A stretch of 64,000 nucleotides of DNA, from positions 138,494 through 202,493 of the forward strand of contig JBHJGM010000004.1 in the NCBI GenBank assembly GCA_050331815.1, read 5' to 3'. Shown here one piece after another: positions 22,061 to 31,097 of the stretch (positions are counted from its first letter, which is position 1; each line of letters opens with the position of its first letter). The notes beneath the pieces are model-generated. The model was not told the origin of the DNA. It worked only from the letters and a program-made list of their open reading frames with translations, and searched no databases. This stretch comes from Opitutales bacterium (GTDB lineage: Bacteria > Verrucomicrobiota > Verrucomicrobiia > Opitutales > JBHJGM01). The translations under genes were made by a program, and so were the position numbers.

Positions 22061-23419
22061 ATGCGTCTGGATCGTTACATCGCCAAAAAACGGGTCATCG
22101 ACCTCGAAAGCAACGACCTACGCGGTGCGCTCAGGGAACTGCTGCACGTCTGCGCGCTCGATAAAATCGAAGACTATGACGAGGAGCAGGCGCTCGATGA
22201 GCTGGTCGCGCGCGAGCAAACGATGACGACCTATCTGGGCAACGGCGTCGCCCTGCCCCACCTGCGGCTGCAGCTCAACCGCCCCTACATTTTCGCGATC
22301 GGGCGCTGTCCCAACGGGCTCGATTTCGAGGGCCAGGAAGAGTACCGCGAGATGCGCGTCATCCTGCTCCTGCTCGCGCGCGAAAACGAAAAAAGCTACC
22401 TCAACGTGCTCGCCTCGCTGGCGCGCATTTTTCAGGAGCAGAACACGCTCAACCGGCTGTTGCACGCAGAGGATCTCGAAGTCTTCCGCGATCAGGTCAA
22501 CCGCGCCTTCAGCGGCGGTGACGGCCAGACCAAATCCAAAGACAACAAGTTCAACCGCCTCATCTTGCGCGAAGCCGGCAAAATTGCCCGCGGAGCCAAT
22601 TGCACCACGGTGCTGATTTTTGGTGACACCTTTGCCGGCGGTATCGACCTGGGCAACGTGTTCGGCGATCTGAAGACCGTCCTCGTCACCCAGAGCGCCG
22701 CCGACGCTAACATCGAGAACCGCTCCGTCACGGCGGCCCTGCCCGTGCGCTCGTTTTCCAACAACCGCCTCTCGCAGCTGCGCAGCGCCGTGCTCATCGG
22801 GCTGACCCGCAACATCTTCAAGCACAACGAGCGGCTGCTCTGCGTGGGCGGCATCCCCCAGAGCAATCAGTTCGACCTGATCGTGGTGGTCGACGTCGAG
22901 CGCGAGTTTCAGTCCATTTTCACACGCCAGACCGATGTGCTGCCCGAGGATGTCCGCCCCGAAACGCTTGAGCGCCTGCTGGGTATCGCCACCGAACTGG
23001 CGGTCGAAGGCCGCGAGGGGCGGCCCGTGGGCGCGCTCTTCGTGCTGGGCGACAGCGAAAACGTCCGGCCCTACACCAAGCAGCTCGTGCTCAACCCGTT
23101 TTTTGGCTACAAGGACGAGGATCGTAACATCCTCAACCCTTTCATGGACGAGACCGTCAAGGAGCTGTCGTCCATCGATGGCGCGTTCATTGTGCGTGGC
23201 GACGGCGTGCTCGAAAGCGCGGGGGCGTTGATCCACGCGCCTGACTACACCCACACGCTGCCGAGCGGGCTGGGTTCGCGACACGCCGCGGCGGCCGCCA
23301 TCTCCCTGGCTACGGACGCGGTGGCCCTGGTCGTCTCCGCCAGCAATGGACAGGTCTCGCTCTTTCGGCGCGGCCAGCTCCTGCCCGTCATCGAGCGCAA
23401 CGTCGGCCGCAATTTGTAG
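22061..23419 (+). CDS. PTS EIIA(Ntr/Fru-type) - diadenylate cyclase (DAC/DisA_N, CdaZ-like) fusion
   Basis: N-term RE..MTTYLGNGVALPH; C-term EGREGRPVGALFVLGD, LNPF, KELSSIDGAF, GLGSRHAAAA. Confidence 0.88.
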   Translation: MRLDRYIAKKRVIDLESNDLRGALRELLHVCALDKIEDYDEEQALDELVAREQTMTTYLGNGVALPHLRLQLNRPYIFAIGRCPNGLDFEGQEEYREMRVILLLLARENEKSYLNVLASLARIFQEQNTLNRLLHAEDLEVFRDQVNRAFSGGDGQTKSKDNKFNRLILREAGKIARGANCTTVLIFGDTFAGGIDLGNVFGDLKTVLVTQSAADANIENRSVTAALPVRSFSNNRLSQLRSAVLIGLTRNIFKHNERLLCVGGIPQSNQFDLIVVVDVEREFQSIFTRQTDVLPEDVRPETLERLLGIATELAVEGREGRPVGALFVLGDSENVRPYTKQLVLNPFFGYKDEDRNILNPFMDETVKELSSIDGAFIVRGDGVLESAGALIHAPDYTHTLPSGLGSRHAAAAAISLATDAVALVVSASNGQVSLFRRGQLLPVIERNVGRNL

Positions 23420-23617
23420 CTGCGGCGAGTCCAGCAATGCCTGGTGCTTAGTACTGGGTGTTGAAGGCATCAACGGATCGAGGCCTCACATAGGTCCCTG
23501 CTTCACTACTTACCAGGGACGAAGTACTAAGAACGAGTCACCCATCCAAAAACCAGCCTTGCCTCATCACGCCTCTGAGTGCATGTTCTATACTATAACC
23601 ACAAAGAAATTTCAGCC

Positions 23618-23791
23618 ATGCCACGCGACGTCGTTATTTTGGAATGTTCGGAAGCCCGGGGTGAAGGTAAGCCGCCCTCGCGCTACATCACCGATCGCAA
23701 CAAGAAGTTGATGCAGGACAAGGTGGAGAAGAAAAAGTACAATCCCCACCTCAAGCGGCATACGCTGCACAAAGAGATACGCGGCAAGTAG
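23618..23791 (+). CDS. rpmG: 50S ribosomal protein L33 (lacks the four-Cys zinc motif)
   Basis: [10 protein letters not shown]...RYIT..NKK...[16 protein letters not shown]. Confidence 0.95.
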   Translation: MPRDVVILECSEARGEGKPPSRYITDRNKKLMQDKVEKKKYNPHLKRHTLHKEIRGK

Positions 23792-23822
23792 CCGCCAGCG
23801 GCTTTTAAGCTTTTCTCAATCT

Positions 23823-23850
23823 GCCCCGCACCTCACTGCCGGGGCTTTTT
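23823..23850 (+). terminator. Rho-independent terminator after rpmG
   Basis: GCCCCG...CGGGGC followed by TTTTT. Confidence 0.7.
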
Positions 23851-23877
23851 GTTTGGACGGTAGCGATTCCCGCCAGG

Positions 23878-24183
23878 TCAGGAGGAGGCCGCACGCGGCG
23901 CTTCTGCGGGACCGCGTCCGTTGCCGACTTTGCCGCTCATAACCGAAGAGGTGCGCGACAACGGGCCCGCCGTTCCACGACGTCGCGCGCGCCAATTCTC
24001 GCGGTGGTTACGTATCCAATCCAGCAGGGCGCGTTCGAAACCTATGTCGTAACCGGCCTTTTCCGACTCGAGCCACTTGTGACGCAGGATTTCCTCACGT
24101 TCGGCGAGGAATTCCTGGTACAGGCTCGAGCGCTGGATAAAGTCCTTGCGAGCGGGAGATGGCTTCTGTTCCGGGGGCTTCAT
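23878..24183 (-). CDS. DUF4032-like small protein
   Basis: SSLYQEFLAEREEILRHKWLESEKAGYDIGFERALLDW motif typical of Verrucomicrobia. Confidence 0.8.
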   Translation of the reverse strand: MKPPEQKPSPARKDFIQRSSLYQEFLAEREEILRHKWLESEKAGYDIGFERALLDWIRNHRENWRARRRGTAGPLSRTSSVMSGKVGNGRGPAEAPRAASS

Positions 24184-24350
24184 GAGGCCGGGGCCTGACT
24201 GGGGTCGGGTCAGGCGGAAGGCTCGAAGATCAAGTTCGCGCGTATTCAAGCATTACCGAACGGAATGTAAAGCAATTCCGATATTTGATTGGATATCTAA
24301 GCAGTGCCGCTAATTCGGCATATGGCAACACCTTGCGGCATTTTGCACGT

Positions 24351-25430
24351 TTAGCGGCGCAAACGCTTCAGCAGGCCTTCCGCCATGCGCACAAACGCCC
24401 GAGCCGCCGTGGACTCCGGGTGACTCAGCACAATCGGCAGGCCGTTGTCCGAGCCGATGCGTATGCGCTCATCAAGCGGGACCTGTCCTAAAAAGTCCGT
24501 TTCGAGCGCTTCAGCCGTGCGCTGGCCGCCGCCCGAGCCGAACAACGCCCGCCGCGAGCCGTCCGCCTCCTCCAGATAACTCATGTTCTCGGCCACCCCA
24601 AGCAGCGGCACGTTGACCTTGCCAAACATCATGGCCCCGCGCCGGGCCACGTTGACCGCCGCTGCCTGCGGAGTGGTGACAATCACCGCCCCATCCAGCG
24701 GAATGGTCTGCACCAGCGAGAGTTGCGCATCGCCCGTGCCTGGCGGCAAATCCACCACGAGCACCTCCAGCGGGCCCCAATTCACGTTGCTGGCAAATTG
24801 TTGAATGGTCTTCATGATCATCGGCCCGCGCCAGACCACCGGCGTTTCCTCATCGATCAACAGCCCCATCGACATCACCCGGATATCAAAATTCTGCAGC
24901 GGCTGGATGCGGTTATTCTCGACAGTGGGCTGATCGTTGAGCCCTAGCATCAAGGGCACTGATGGTCCGTAAATGTCACAATCCATGACCCCGACGGACT
25001 GCCGCCGGTTCTCCGCCGCGAGGACTTTGTCCAGCGCGCAGGCAAGGTTGGTGGCGAAGGTGGATTTACCCACACCGCCCTTACCGCTGGCCACGGCGAT
25101 TTTGAATCGAACCTGCGCCAGTGGGTCGCCCGAGGTCTCCCCGCCGCCCTGGCCCTGGTTTTGCCCGCCTCCGGGAGGTGCCTTCGCCGCACTGACCTTT
25201 ACGGAGACATCCACCGCCTCAACCCCGTCGAGCGCCTGCAGCGCGGCCTCCGCCGCTTGCTGAATCTGGCGGGGGATGCGCGGGTCGGCGGTAGTCAGCG
25301 ACAGACTGACCGACACGTTGCCACCGTCCACGCGGGCGTTTTCAAGCAGGCCAAACGAGACAATGTCACGGCTGAAGCCGGGATACTTGACCTGCTTCAA
25401 GGCGGCTTCGACTGAGGCTTCGGTAACCAT
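24351..25430 (-). CDS. apbC: Mrp/NBP35 Fe-S cluster carrier ATPase
   Basis: N-terminal YPGFSRDIVSFG; SGKGGVGKST, DCDIYGPS, WRGPM, VDLPPGTGDAQL. Confidence 0.95.
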   Translation of the reverse strand: MVTEASVEAALKQVKYPGFSRDIVSFGLLENARVDGGNVSVSLSLTTADPRIPRQIQQAAEAALQALDGVEAVDVSVKVSAAKAPPGGGQNQGQGGGETSGDPLAQVRFKIAVASGKGGVGKSTFATNLACALDKVLAAENRRQSVGVMDCDIYGPSVPLMLGLNDQPTVENNRIQPLQNFDIRVMSMGLLIDEETPVVWRGPMIMKTIQQFASNVNWGPLEVLVVDLPPGTGDAQLSLVQTIPLDGAVIVTTPQAAAVNVARRGAMMFGKVNVPLLGVAENMSYLEEADGSRRALFGSGGGQRTAEALETDFLGQVPLDERIRIGSDNGLPIVLSHPESTAARAFVRMAEGLLKRLRR

Positions 25431-25533
25431 AAACGCGTCATGTTTGACGGGTTCGAAGGCGGGTTCAACGCTCGCCGGTGCTTTCGGTCAAAGTTTTTCG
25501 CCGTTGCCTGCCAGGGCCGGCGACTGTTATCCC

Positions 25534-26790
25534 ATGATGCATATGTCAGGGAGGACACGCCGCTTTGGCTTTCGAGAATGGTTGGGGATGCTGCTCGCGT
25601 TGGCGAGTGCGAGTGCGGGGTCTGCCCAGGATCGCTCCAACCCGTTGATTCTGCCCCCGGCGGTGCGCGAGGCGCAGGCTGGCAAACACTTCAAGGTAGC
25701 GGTGACCTCCACGGACGGGCGCATGGCGCAGTTGCTGCGTTCGGCCTTCAGCGCGCACGGCGGCTTTACCGTGGTTGAGGCCCCGGAGGCGCAGTTCACC
25801 TTTCGCATCGACCCGGGCGCCGATAACCGGGCCGCGCTGCGGATTTTCTCCGGGCAGCCTCCCCAGCTGTTGCACGAGGAATCCTTTCGGGCGGATTCGG
25901 CAGTGCGGGCCGTGCTGCGTGCCGCCGATCGATCGGTGGAGCGCACCCTCGGCCTGCCGGGGTTTTTCGCCGGGGAGTTACTCTTTACCTCGGACCGTGC
26001 CGGGGGCGGCAAGACCGATGTCTATCGCAGCGATCTCTTTTTCCAGTCGGTGCGCCAGGTCACGCGGGATGGCTCCGTCGCGCTGACGCCGCGCTGGTCG
26101 CCCGACGGGCAATCGGTGCTGTACACCAGCTACCATCGCTCGGGCTTTCCGGATGTTTTCAAGGTGACCCTGGCGACCGGTCGCCGCGAAGTCTTTGCGG
26201 CCTACAAGGGCACCAACCAGGGCGCAGCCTTTAGCCCGGACGGGCGCACAGTGGCGATGATCCTCTCGGCCCCGGGCAACCCCGAGCTCTACATCGCGCA
26301 GTCCACCGGGCAAAACCTGAAACGCTTGACCGAGAACGCCTCCATCGAGCAGTCGCCCACCTGGTCTCCTGACGGGCAGCGGCTGGCCTACGTCAGCGAC
26401 CGGCTGGGCGGGCCGCAGCTGTACGTCATGGGGCTGGAGTCGCGGCAGGAGCGCCGGATACCCACCAATATTTCCGGTTATTGCGCCGAGCCCGCCTGGA
26501 ATCCGCTCGACCCGACCCGGCTCCTCTTCACGGGCGCCACCTCCGGCAGTTATCAAATCGGGCTTTTTGACTTCCAGACCGCCAAGGCGCGCTTTTTGAC
26601 GAAAGGCCCGGGCGACAGCGTGGAAGCCACCTGGACCAACGACGGGCGGCATGCGGTTTTCACCCGGCGCTCCGGCGACGGCCAGACCAAGCGCCTCTTC
26701 CTGCTGGACACGCTCACCGGCAAGACTACGGCTCTGCACAGTGCCCGTTTTGGCAACGCCTCCCAGCCCGCCTTTGCCTACCGACCGTGA
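25534..26790 (+). CDS. tolB: TolB-like beta-propeller protein
   Basis: Signal peptide; PD40 repeats WSPDG/FSPDG, GNPELY, YVSDRLGGPQLY. Confidence 0.85.
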   Translation: MMHMSGRTRRFGFREWLGMLLALASASAGSAQDRSNPLILPPAVREAQAGKHFKVAVTSTDGRMAQLLRSAFSAHGGFTVVEAPEAQFTFRIDPGADNRAALRIFSGQPPQLLHEESFRADSAVRAVLRAADRSVERTLGLPGFFAGELLFTSDRAGGGKTDVYRSDLFFQSVRQVTRDGSVALTPRWSPDGQSVLYTSYHRSGFPDVFKVTLATGRREVFAAYKGTNQGAAFSPDGRTVAMILSAPGNPELYIAQSTGQNLKRLTENASIEQSPTWSPDGQRLAYVSDRLGGPQLYVMGLESRQERRIPTNISGYCAEPAWNPLDPTRLLFTGATSGSYQIGLFDFQTAKARFLTKGPGDSVEATWTNDGRHAVFTRRSGDGQTKRLFLLDTLTGKTTALHSARFGNASQPAFAYRP

Positions 26791-27344
26791 CTGGCGCGCC
26801 TGAGCCTGAAAGCCCGCGCCCACACCCGCCCCGGCTGTACCACGTGAGTGAAGCGCCGGGTCTGCGGCATTTCACCCCTCGCGGGCCTCAAGCTTCCGCC
26901 CCGATTCGGGAACCCATTGTGTGGGCGATTTCCGAATTTATGTTGTCAAACTACCTGTTTCCGCGCGATTGCCCGAGGATTTGCATTCGCGTTGGAACGA
27001 ACACTACGAAAGCGGATCGGGAGCGGTTTTTTACCCCGGGAAGCTCGCTGAATGTCGCCATCATTTGCTTCGATTGGTTGGAGCTACTGCACACCTGTCG
27101 GCTGTTCGGCTACAGTATGCCTCTAGATACTTTCGAAGAGATCGATGCCAACGCAGGCTATTATGCCTCGAAGCAAGCGATTGTGGCAGAGAGCTGCGAA
27201 GTATGGGCGGACTTACCAACGTTATTGGCTCAACGGGGCGTTGAACTACGCGTTGTCGACCAACTAAAGCCGATTGCCAGAGAAGTTGCCGCGTCCAGCT
27301 TGCGCTTCAGTATCATCCGTTTGCGTGATGCGCAGGTGGCTTAA
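26787..27344 (+). CDS. Conserved hypothetical protein (DUF6886-like)
   Basis: LYHVSE.P...F.PR, VWAI, NYLFPRDCPRI, AGYY; overlaps the tolB stop (GTGA). Confidence 0.65.
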   Translation: MTGAPEPESPRPHPPRLYHVSEAPGLRHFTPRGPQASAPIREPIVWAISEFMLSNYLFPRDCPRICIRVGTNTTKADRERFFTPGSSLNVAIICFDWLELLHTCRLFGYSMPLDTFEEIDANAGYYASKQAIVAESCEVWADLPTLLAQRGVELRVVDQLKPIAREVAASSLRFSIIRLRDAQVA

Positions 27345-27407
27345 ACAAGCCGCATCGCACCACATAAGCGCTGAATGAAATGCGGCGCAGGTTATGCTGA
27401 GCGCAGA

Positions 27408-28733
27408 CTACGGCCGGAAGGCCATGTCGGGAAAGGGTAGGGTGCGCTGCCAGAGTTCCTCGCCTTGGGAATCCTTCACCATGATCACAATCGAGCGGGC
27501 ATCTTCGGCACCCTCAAAGCGCAGCAGGGCGTAGTGGCGCTGCTCCATGGTGGTGCCCGGCACGCGGAAGAAATTCAGGTCGCGCTCGATGTCGTCGGTG
27601 TTGCCGGTCAGCGTGCCGAGCGTCAGTTCGTAAATGTCGGGCGCGTTGCGGCGGACGACCTTGGTCAGCTCCCCGTAGCGCTTGCCGCCGGTTAAAAAGA
27701 GTACGCCGCTTATTTTGTATTGGGAGATCGCATCAAGCAGTCGCGCCCGTTCGTTGGGGGCGGCGGTCAGGTGGCGCGGTGACTCGGCCGGATTGAGAAT
27801 CGGTGAGCCCATGCAAATGACCTTAAAACGCGCGGGGCTGGCGCGCAGGGCGGTGATCAGCCATTCAATCTGGGCCTTGCCTAGCACCTGACGCTGGCTT
27901 TCCAGTTCCGAGGTCAGGTCGCGGTGGGTGCGATCGTCGAGCAGGAAAAACTCCGCGTCGGACCAGCGGATGACCGTGGCGAGGTTATTCAGCCCGGCGA
28001 CGCCGTCGGTGGGGTTGGGCCAAAACAGCCGGAAGGTGCGCAGGCTTTCGGGCTGGTTCCAGAAGTGGCGATCACTCAGTGGTGGGCCGAAGTCCGTCTC
28101 GCCGATCAGCCCGGCGTGGCCGAGCGAGCGGTAGGCAGTCTGAGCTTCGGGCAGGGCGCGGTTGTGCGTATAACGAGCGGTAATGCCGTAAAAGCTGCCC
28201 CAATCGGCTTCGCGCAACTGCAGACTGCTCCCCAGCCAGAGCATCCAAGCCGGATTTTCGCCCGCGATTGTCTCGAAGACCGCGTAGTCACCACCGGGCG
28301 TGCGAAAGGCCGGGTCGTAAGCCTTTTCGTTGACATAGTGCGAGCCGGCCACGGCGATCTGAAAGTCGGGCGGAGGGCGCGTCCCGCGAAAGGCTTCCGG
28401 CGTGCTAAAATTGAAGGGGAGGCCGCTGGCCGTGCCGTCGATAAATACCTGCCCCTGGTAACGGGTGCCGGGGCTGAGCGGCCCAAGCGTCAGGATCGCG
28501 GTGTGTGCGTTTTCGGGGCGGGTTTGTACGGTGGCCGTAGCCTGTGGAGGCGCCGAACCGACGGTTTGTTTAAAGCGGATTTGCGTATCGGCTGCCGTAT
28601 CGGTCTGTAGCCAGACGCGCACCTGCCGCATCTCCGGCACCCCGAGCATCGGGCCGGCCACGATGCTGGCCCCGCGCAAACCGACGGCGAGCAGCGCGGG
28701 CAGCAGGCAGGTCAATAGAGTCTTCGTAAACAT
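27408..28733 (-). CDS. PhoD-family alkaline phosphatase homologue with degenerate active site
   Basis: Signal peptide, GPML...VWLQT, LREADW, RYTHNR.LPE, FFLLDDR, LGKAQIEWL; metal-ligand motifs substituted. Confidence 0.82.
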   Translation of the reverse strand: MFTKTLLTCLLPALLAVGLRGASIVAGPMLGVPEMRQVRVWLQTDTAADTQIRFKQTVGSAPPQATATVQTRPENAHTAILTLGPLSPGTRYQGQVFIDGTASGLPFNFSTPEAFRGTRPPPDFQIAVAGSHYVNEKAYDPAFRTPGGDYAVFETIAGENPAWMLWLGSSLQLREADWGSFYGITARYTHNRALPEAQTAYRSLGHAGLIGETDFGPPLSDRHFWNQPESLRTFRLFWPNPTDGVAGLNNLATVIRWSDAEFFLLDDRTHRDLTSELESQRQVLGKAQIEWLITALRASPARFKVICMGSPILNPAESPRHLTAAPNERARLLDAISQYKISGVLFLTGGKRYGELTKVVRRNAPDIYELTLGTLTGNTDDIERDLNFFRVPGTTMEQRHYALLRFEGAEDARSIVIMVKDSQGEELWQRTLPFPDMAFRP

Positions 28734-28945
28734 CGGGCAGGGGTTTGCGAACCGACGGCAGCTCCGCGTTTTATCCGAATCCACCGTTTCAGCAGGAAAG
28801 AACGGCTGTCCGCGCGTTTACTCAAGGCCCAATTGCGAACGCACGCGCGTTATCATCGCATTACCTAACCCCCTGCACAAGCTTGTCGCATCCCTTAGCC
28901 TCCAAACGTAGCCCGGTGCGCTTTGCTTCGGACGGGTGTGACGCG

Positions 28946-29650
28946 CTAGTCGTTGTCCGGGTGGCGACGCGTTTCTTCGCGGCACTCGTTCATGGTGCGC
29001 AGCCAGATTTCGCGCAGGTCGAACAGGACAACCTGTGCCTCGCGGACGAGAAACGCATTGGCCTTGGAGGAACCCACCGGGATCTCGTGTATTAACTCGA
29101 GCGATTGATTCAGCGAGCAGAGCGCGTTTTTCAGGTGGCAAACGGTCAGGCTGTAATCGCCCAGATCGAGCGAATTGATTGCGAGGACCGCGTGCATTTC
29201 CCCGCGGTGCAGCGATTGGCAGAGCTTCCATGCCAAAAGCGGGCTGACCAGCTTCTGGTGGGCGGTCACGTAATGCTCCCAGATGGCGTGCAGATGTTGG
29301 TAAAGCGCCTGCGTGGCGATAAAGACCGGGTGCTTGTGGATCGTGTAGGGGTCGGTGTCGTCGAGGTCGCTGGTGTCCTCGGACTCGCTCCCATCGCTAT
29401 CCCCGGAGGTATCGTCTTCCGCGCCGTCGGCATCGGACGGGCACCAGTCTTCGCCGTCCCAGCCCATCAAGACCGCCACTTCGTCGAGGTGATCTGGACG
29501 TGCTTTCAGGCGGTGGTAGTGCCCCAGATAACGCCCAGTTTCGTCATTGTGGGCCTTCAGATAGCGCTGCCAGTCAAACTCGTTCCAGGAAAGTTCTCCC
29601 CGATCGTCCCAGTCGCCGTCGGAGAATGGATCGTAGTCAAAACCGCTCAT
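28946..29650 (-). CDS. Hypothetical protein with acidic linker
   Basis: Long ORF with genome-like codon usage; WNEFDWQRYL N-terminus, D/E/S-rich middle, helical C-terminus. Confidence 0.7.
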   Translation of the reverse strand: MSGFDYDPFSDGDWDDRGELSWNEFDWQRYLKAHNDETGRYLGHYHRLKARPDHLDEVAVLMGWDGEDWCPSDADGAEDDTSGDSDGSESEDTSDLDDTDPYTIHKHPVFIATQALYQHLHAIWEHYVTAHQKLVSPLLAWKLCQSLHRGEMHAVLAINSLDLGDYSLTVCHLKNALCSLNQSLELIHEIPVGSSKANAFLVREAQVVLFDLREIWLRTMNECREETRRHPDND

Positions 29651-29828
29651 AGGACGCACCCCCAAATTGGGTGTTGGCCTTGTGGAAGAAGGATCCTTGC
29701 CAACTTAGAGAACGATGCCTGATAGGTTTCCAAAAAACAACCTCAATGTGCAGCTTTTTCCTCGCAGGGTCGCTTCCGCAGCGGAAAATTCTTGCTCCCA
29801 AAGCCCTTGGCAGGGAACGCTCGCGGTT

Positions 29829-30125
29829 GTGGAAAACCCGTCACAGGAACGCTTTCAGACACGCGATATCTGGTTCTCAGGCCGGGTGCAAGGTGTTGGA
29901 TTTCGGTATATGACTTCGCAGCTTGCGCGGGGATATGAAATTCGCGGTACGGTCAGAAATCTTGCCGATGGGCGTGTGCATTTGCGCGCACAGGGCACGC
30001 CGGAAGAAATTGACGCCTTCTTTGCGGCCATTCGGGAAGAAATGGCCGCGCTTATCCGCTCGGACGAAGTGGCGATGGTCGAAGCTCCCGCTGAGCAACT
30101 GGTCGGCTTTCGCATTGTCCAGTGA
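29829..30125 (+). CDS. acyP: Acylphosphatase
   Basis: GRVQGVGFRY and GTVRNLADGRV; GTG start inferred. Confidence 0.9.
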   Translation: MENPSQERFQTRDIWFSGRVQGVGFRYMTSQLARGYEIRGTVRNLADGRVHLRAQGTPEEIDAFFAAIREEMAALIRSDEVAMVEAPAEQLVGFRIVQ

Positions 30126-30155
30126 CAACCTTTTGAGAAAACGCCTGCTACACGG

Positions 30156-31097
30156 ATGAGTGACCCGGCCGTCAACATCATCGACCTGACCAAGGATTTC
30201 TCCATCGGTATCCGCGGGGTCAAACTGCGCGCGGTGGAAAACCTGAGCCTGACCGTGCCCGAAGGCCAGATTTTTGGTCTGCTCGGGCCGAACGGTTCGG
30301 GCAAAAGCACCACGTTGAAAGTCATCCTGGGCCTGCTGGAGCCAAGCGCGGGCACCTGCGCAATCTTCGGCGTAGCCAGCCACTCGATCGAGGCGCGCCG
30401 CCAGGTGGGATTTTTGCCAGAGGCCCCGTACTTTTACCGCTACCTGTCCGGGCGCGAGATGGTGCGCTTTTATGCGCGCATCAGCGGGGTGCCCCGGGGC
30501 GAGATCGACGCGCGCACCGACGACGTCATCCGCCTGGTTGGCATGGAGAGCGCCGCCAAACGGCGCGTGGGCACCTACTCCAAGGGGATGCTTCAGCGTA
30601 TCGGGCTGGCGCAAGCGCTCGTGCACGACCCCCGGCTGGTGATTCTCGACGAGCCGACGGCCGGGGTCGATCCGATCGGTTCCGCGGCAATCGCCGAGAT
30701 CGTGCGCTCGCTCAAGGCCCGGGGCAAGACGGTGCTTTTGTGCTCGCACCTGCTGGCCCAGGTCGAGGATATCTGCGATGAGGTGGCCATCCTCAATCGC
30801 GGGCAGCACGTGCTCTCGGGCAAGGTCGACGAACTGCTGCAGGCGCGCGATCTGCGCTCGCTGGTGGTGCGCGGCTTCGATGAGTCCCGGCACCGCCCGG
30901 ACCTTGAGCAATGGCTGCAAGCCCAGGGCATCGAGCTGCAGGAAGTGGCCTCGCCGCGGATCAGCCTCGACCGCCTGTTCCTGCAAAAGGTGGGCGCGTC
31001 CACCGAGGGCAGCTCCGGCGTGGTGCCCAGCGACAACCTCTCCAAAGGCAAGGATTCCGGCGCAGCTGCTGCGGAAACGGAGGCCCCTGGAAAATGA
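30156..31097 (+). CDS. ABC-2-type transporter ATP-binding protein
   Basis: GPNGSGKST, YSKGMLQRIG, ILDEPT, SH. Confidence 0.95.
   Translation: MSDPAVNIIDLTKDFSIGIRGVKLRAVENLSLTVPEGQIFGLLGPNGSGKSTTLKVILGLLEPSAGTCAIFGVASHSIEARRQVGFLPEAPYFYRYLSGREMVRFYARISGVPRGEIDARTDDVIRLVGMESAAKRRVGTYSKGMLQRIGLAQALVHDPRLVILDEPTAGVDPIGSAAIAEIVRSLKARGKTVLLCSHLLAQVEDICDEVAILNRGQHVLSGKVDELLQARDLRSLVVRGFDESRHRPDLEQWLQAQGIELQEVASPRISLDRLFLQKVGASTEGSSGVVPSDNLSKGKDSGAAAAETEAPGK

Noticed and set aside
23618-23791. Zinc-free L33 as part of a zinc-starvation response linked to the metal ABC operon
   Set aside because: No Zur-like or tro-type operator was seen upstream, and a single Cys-poor L33 is common.
24351-25430. 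ParA/MinD-like ATPase suggesting a plasmid or partition system
   Set aside because: The motifs (WRGPM, DLPPGTGD, N-terminal domain) identify a housekeeping Mrp/ApbC.
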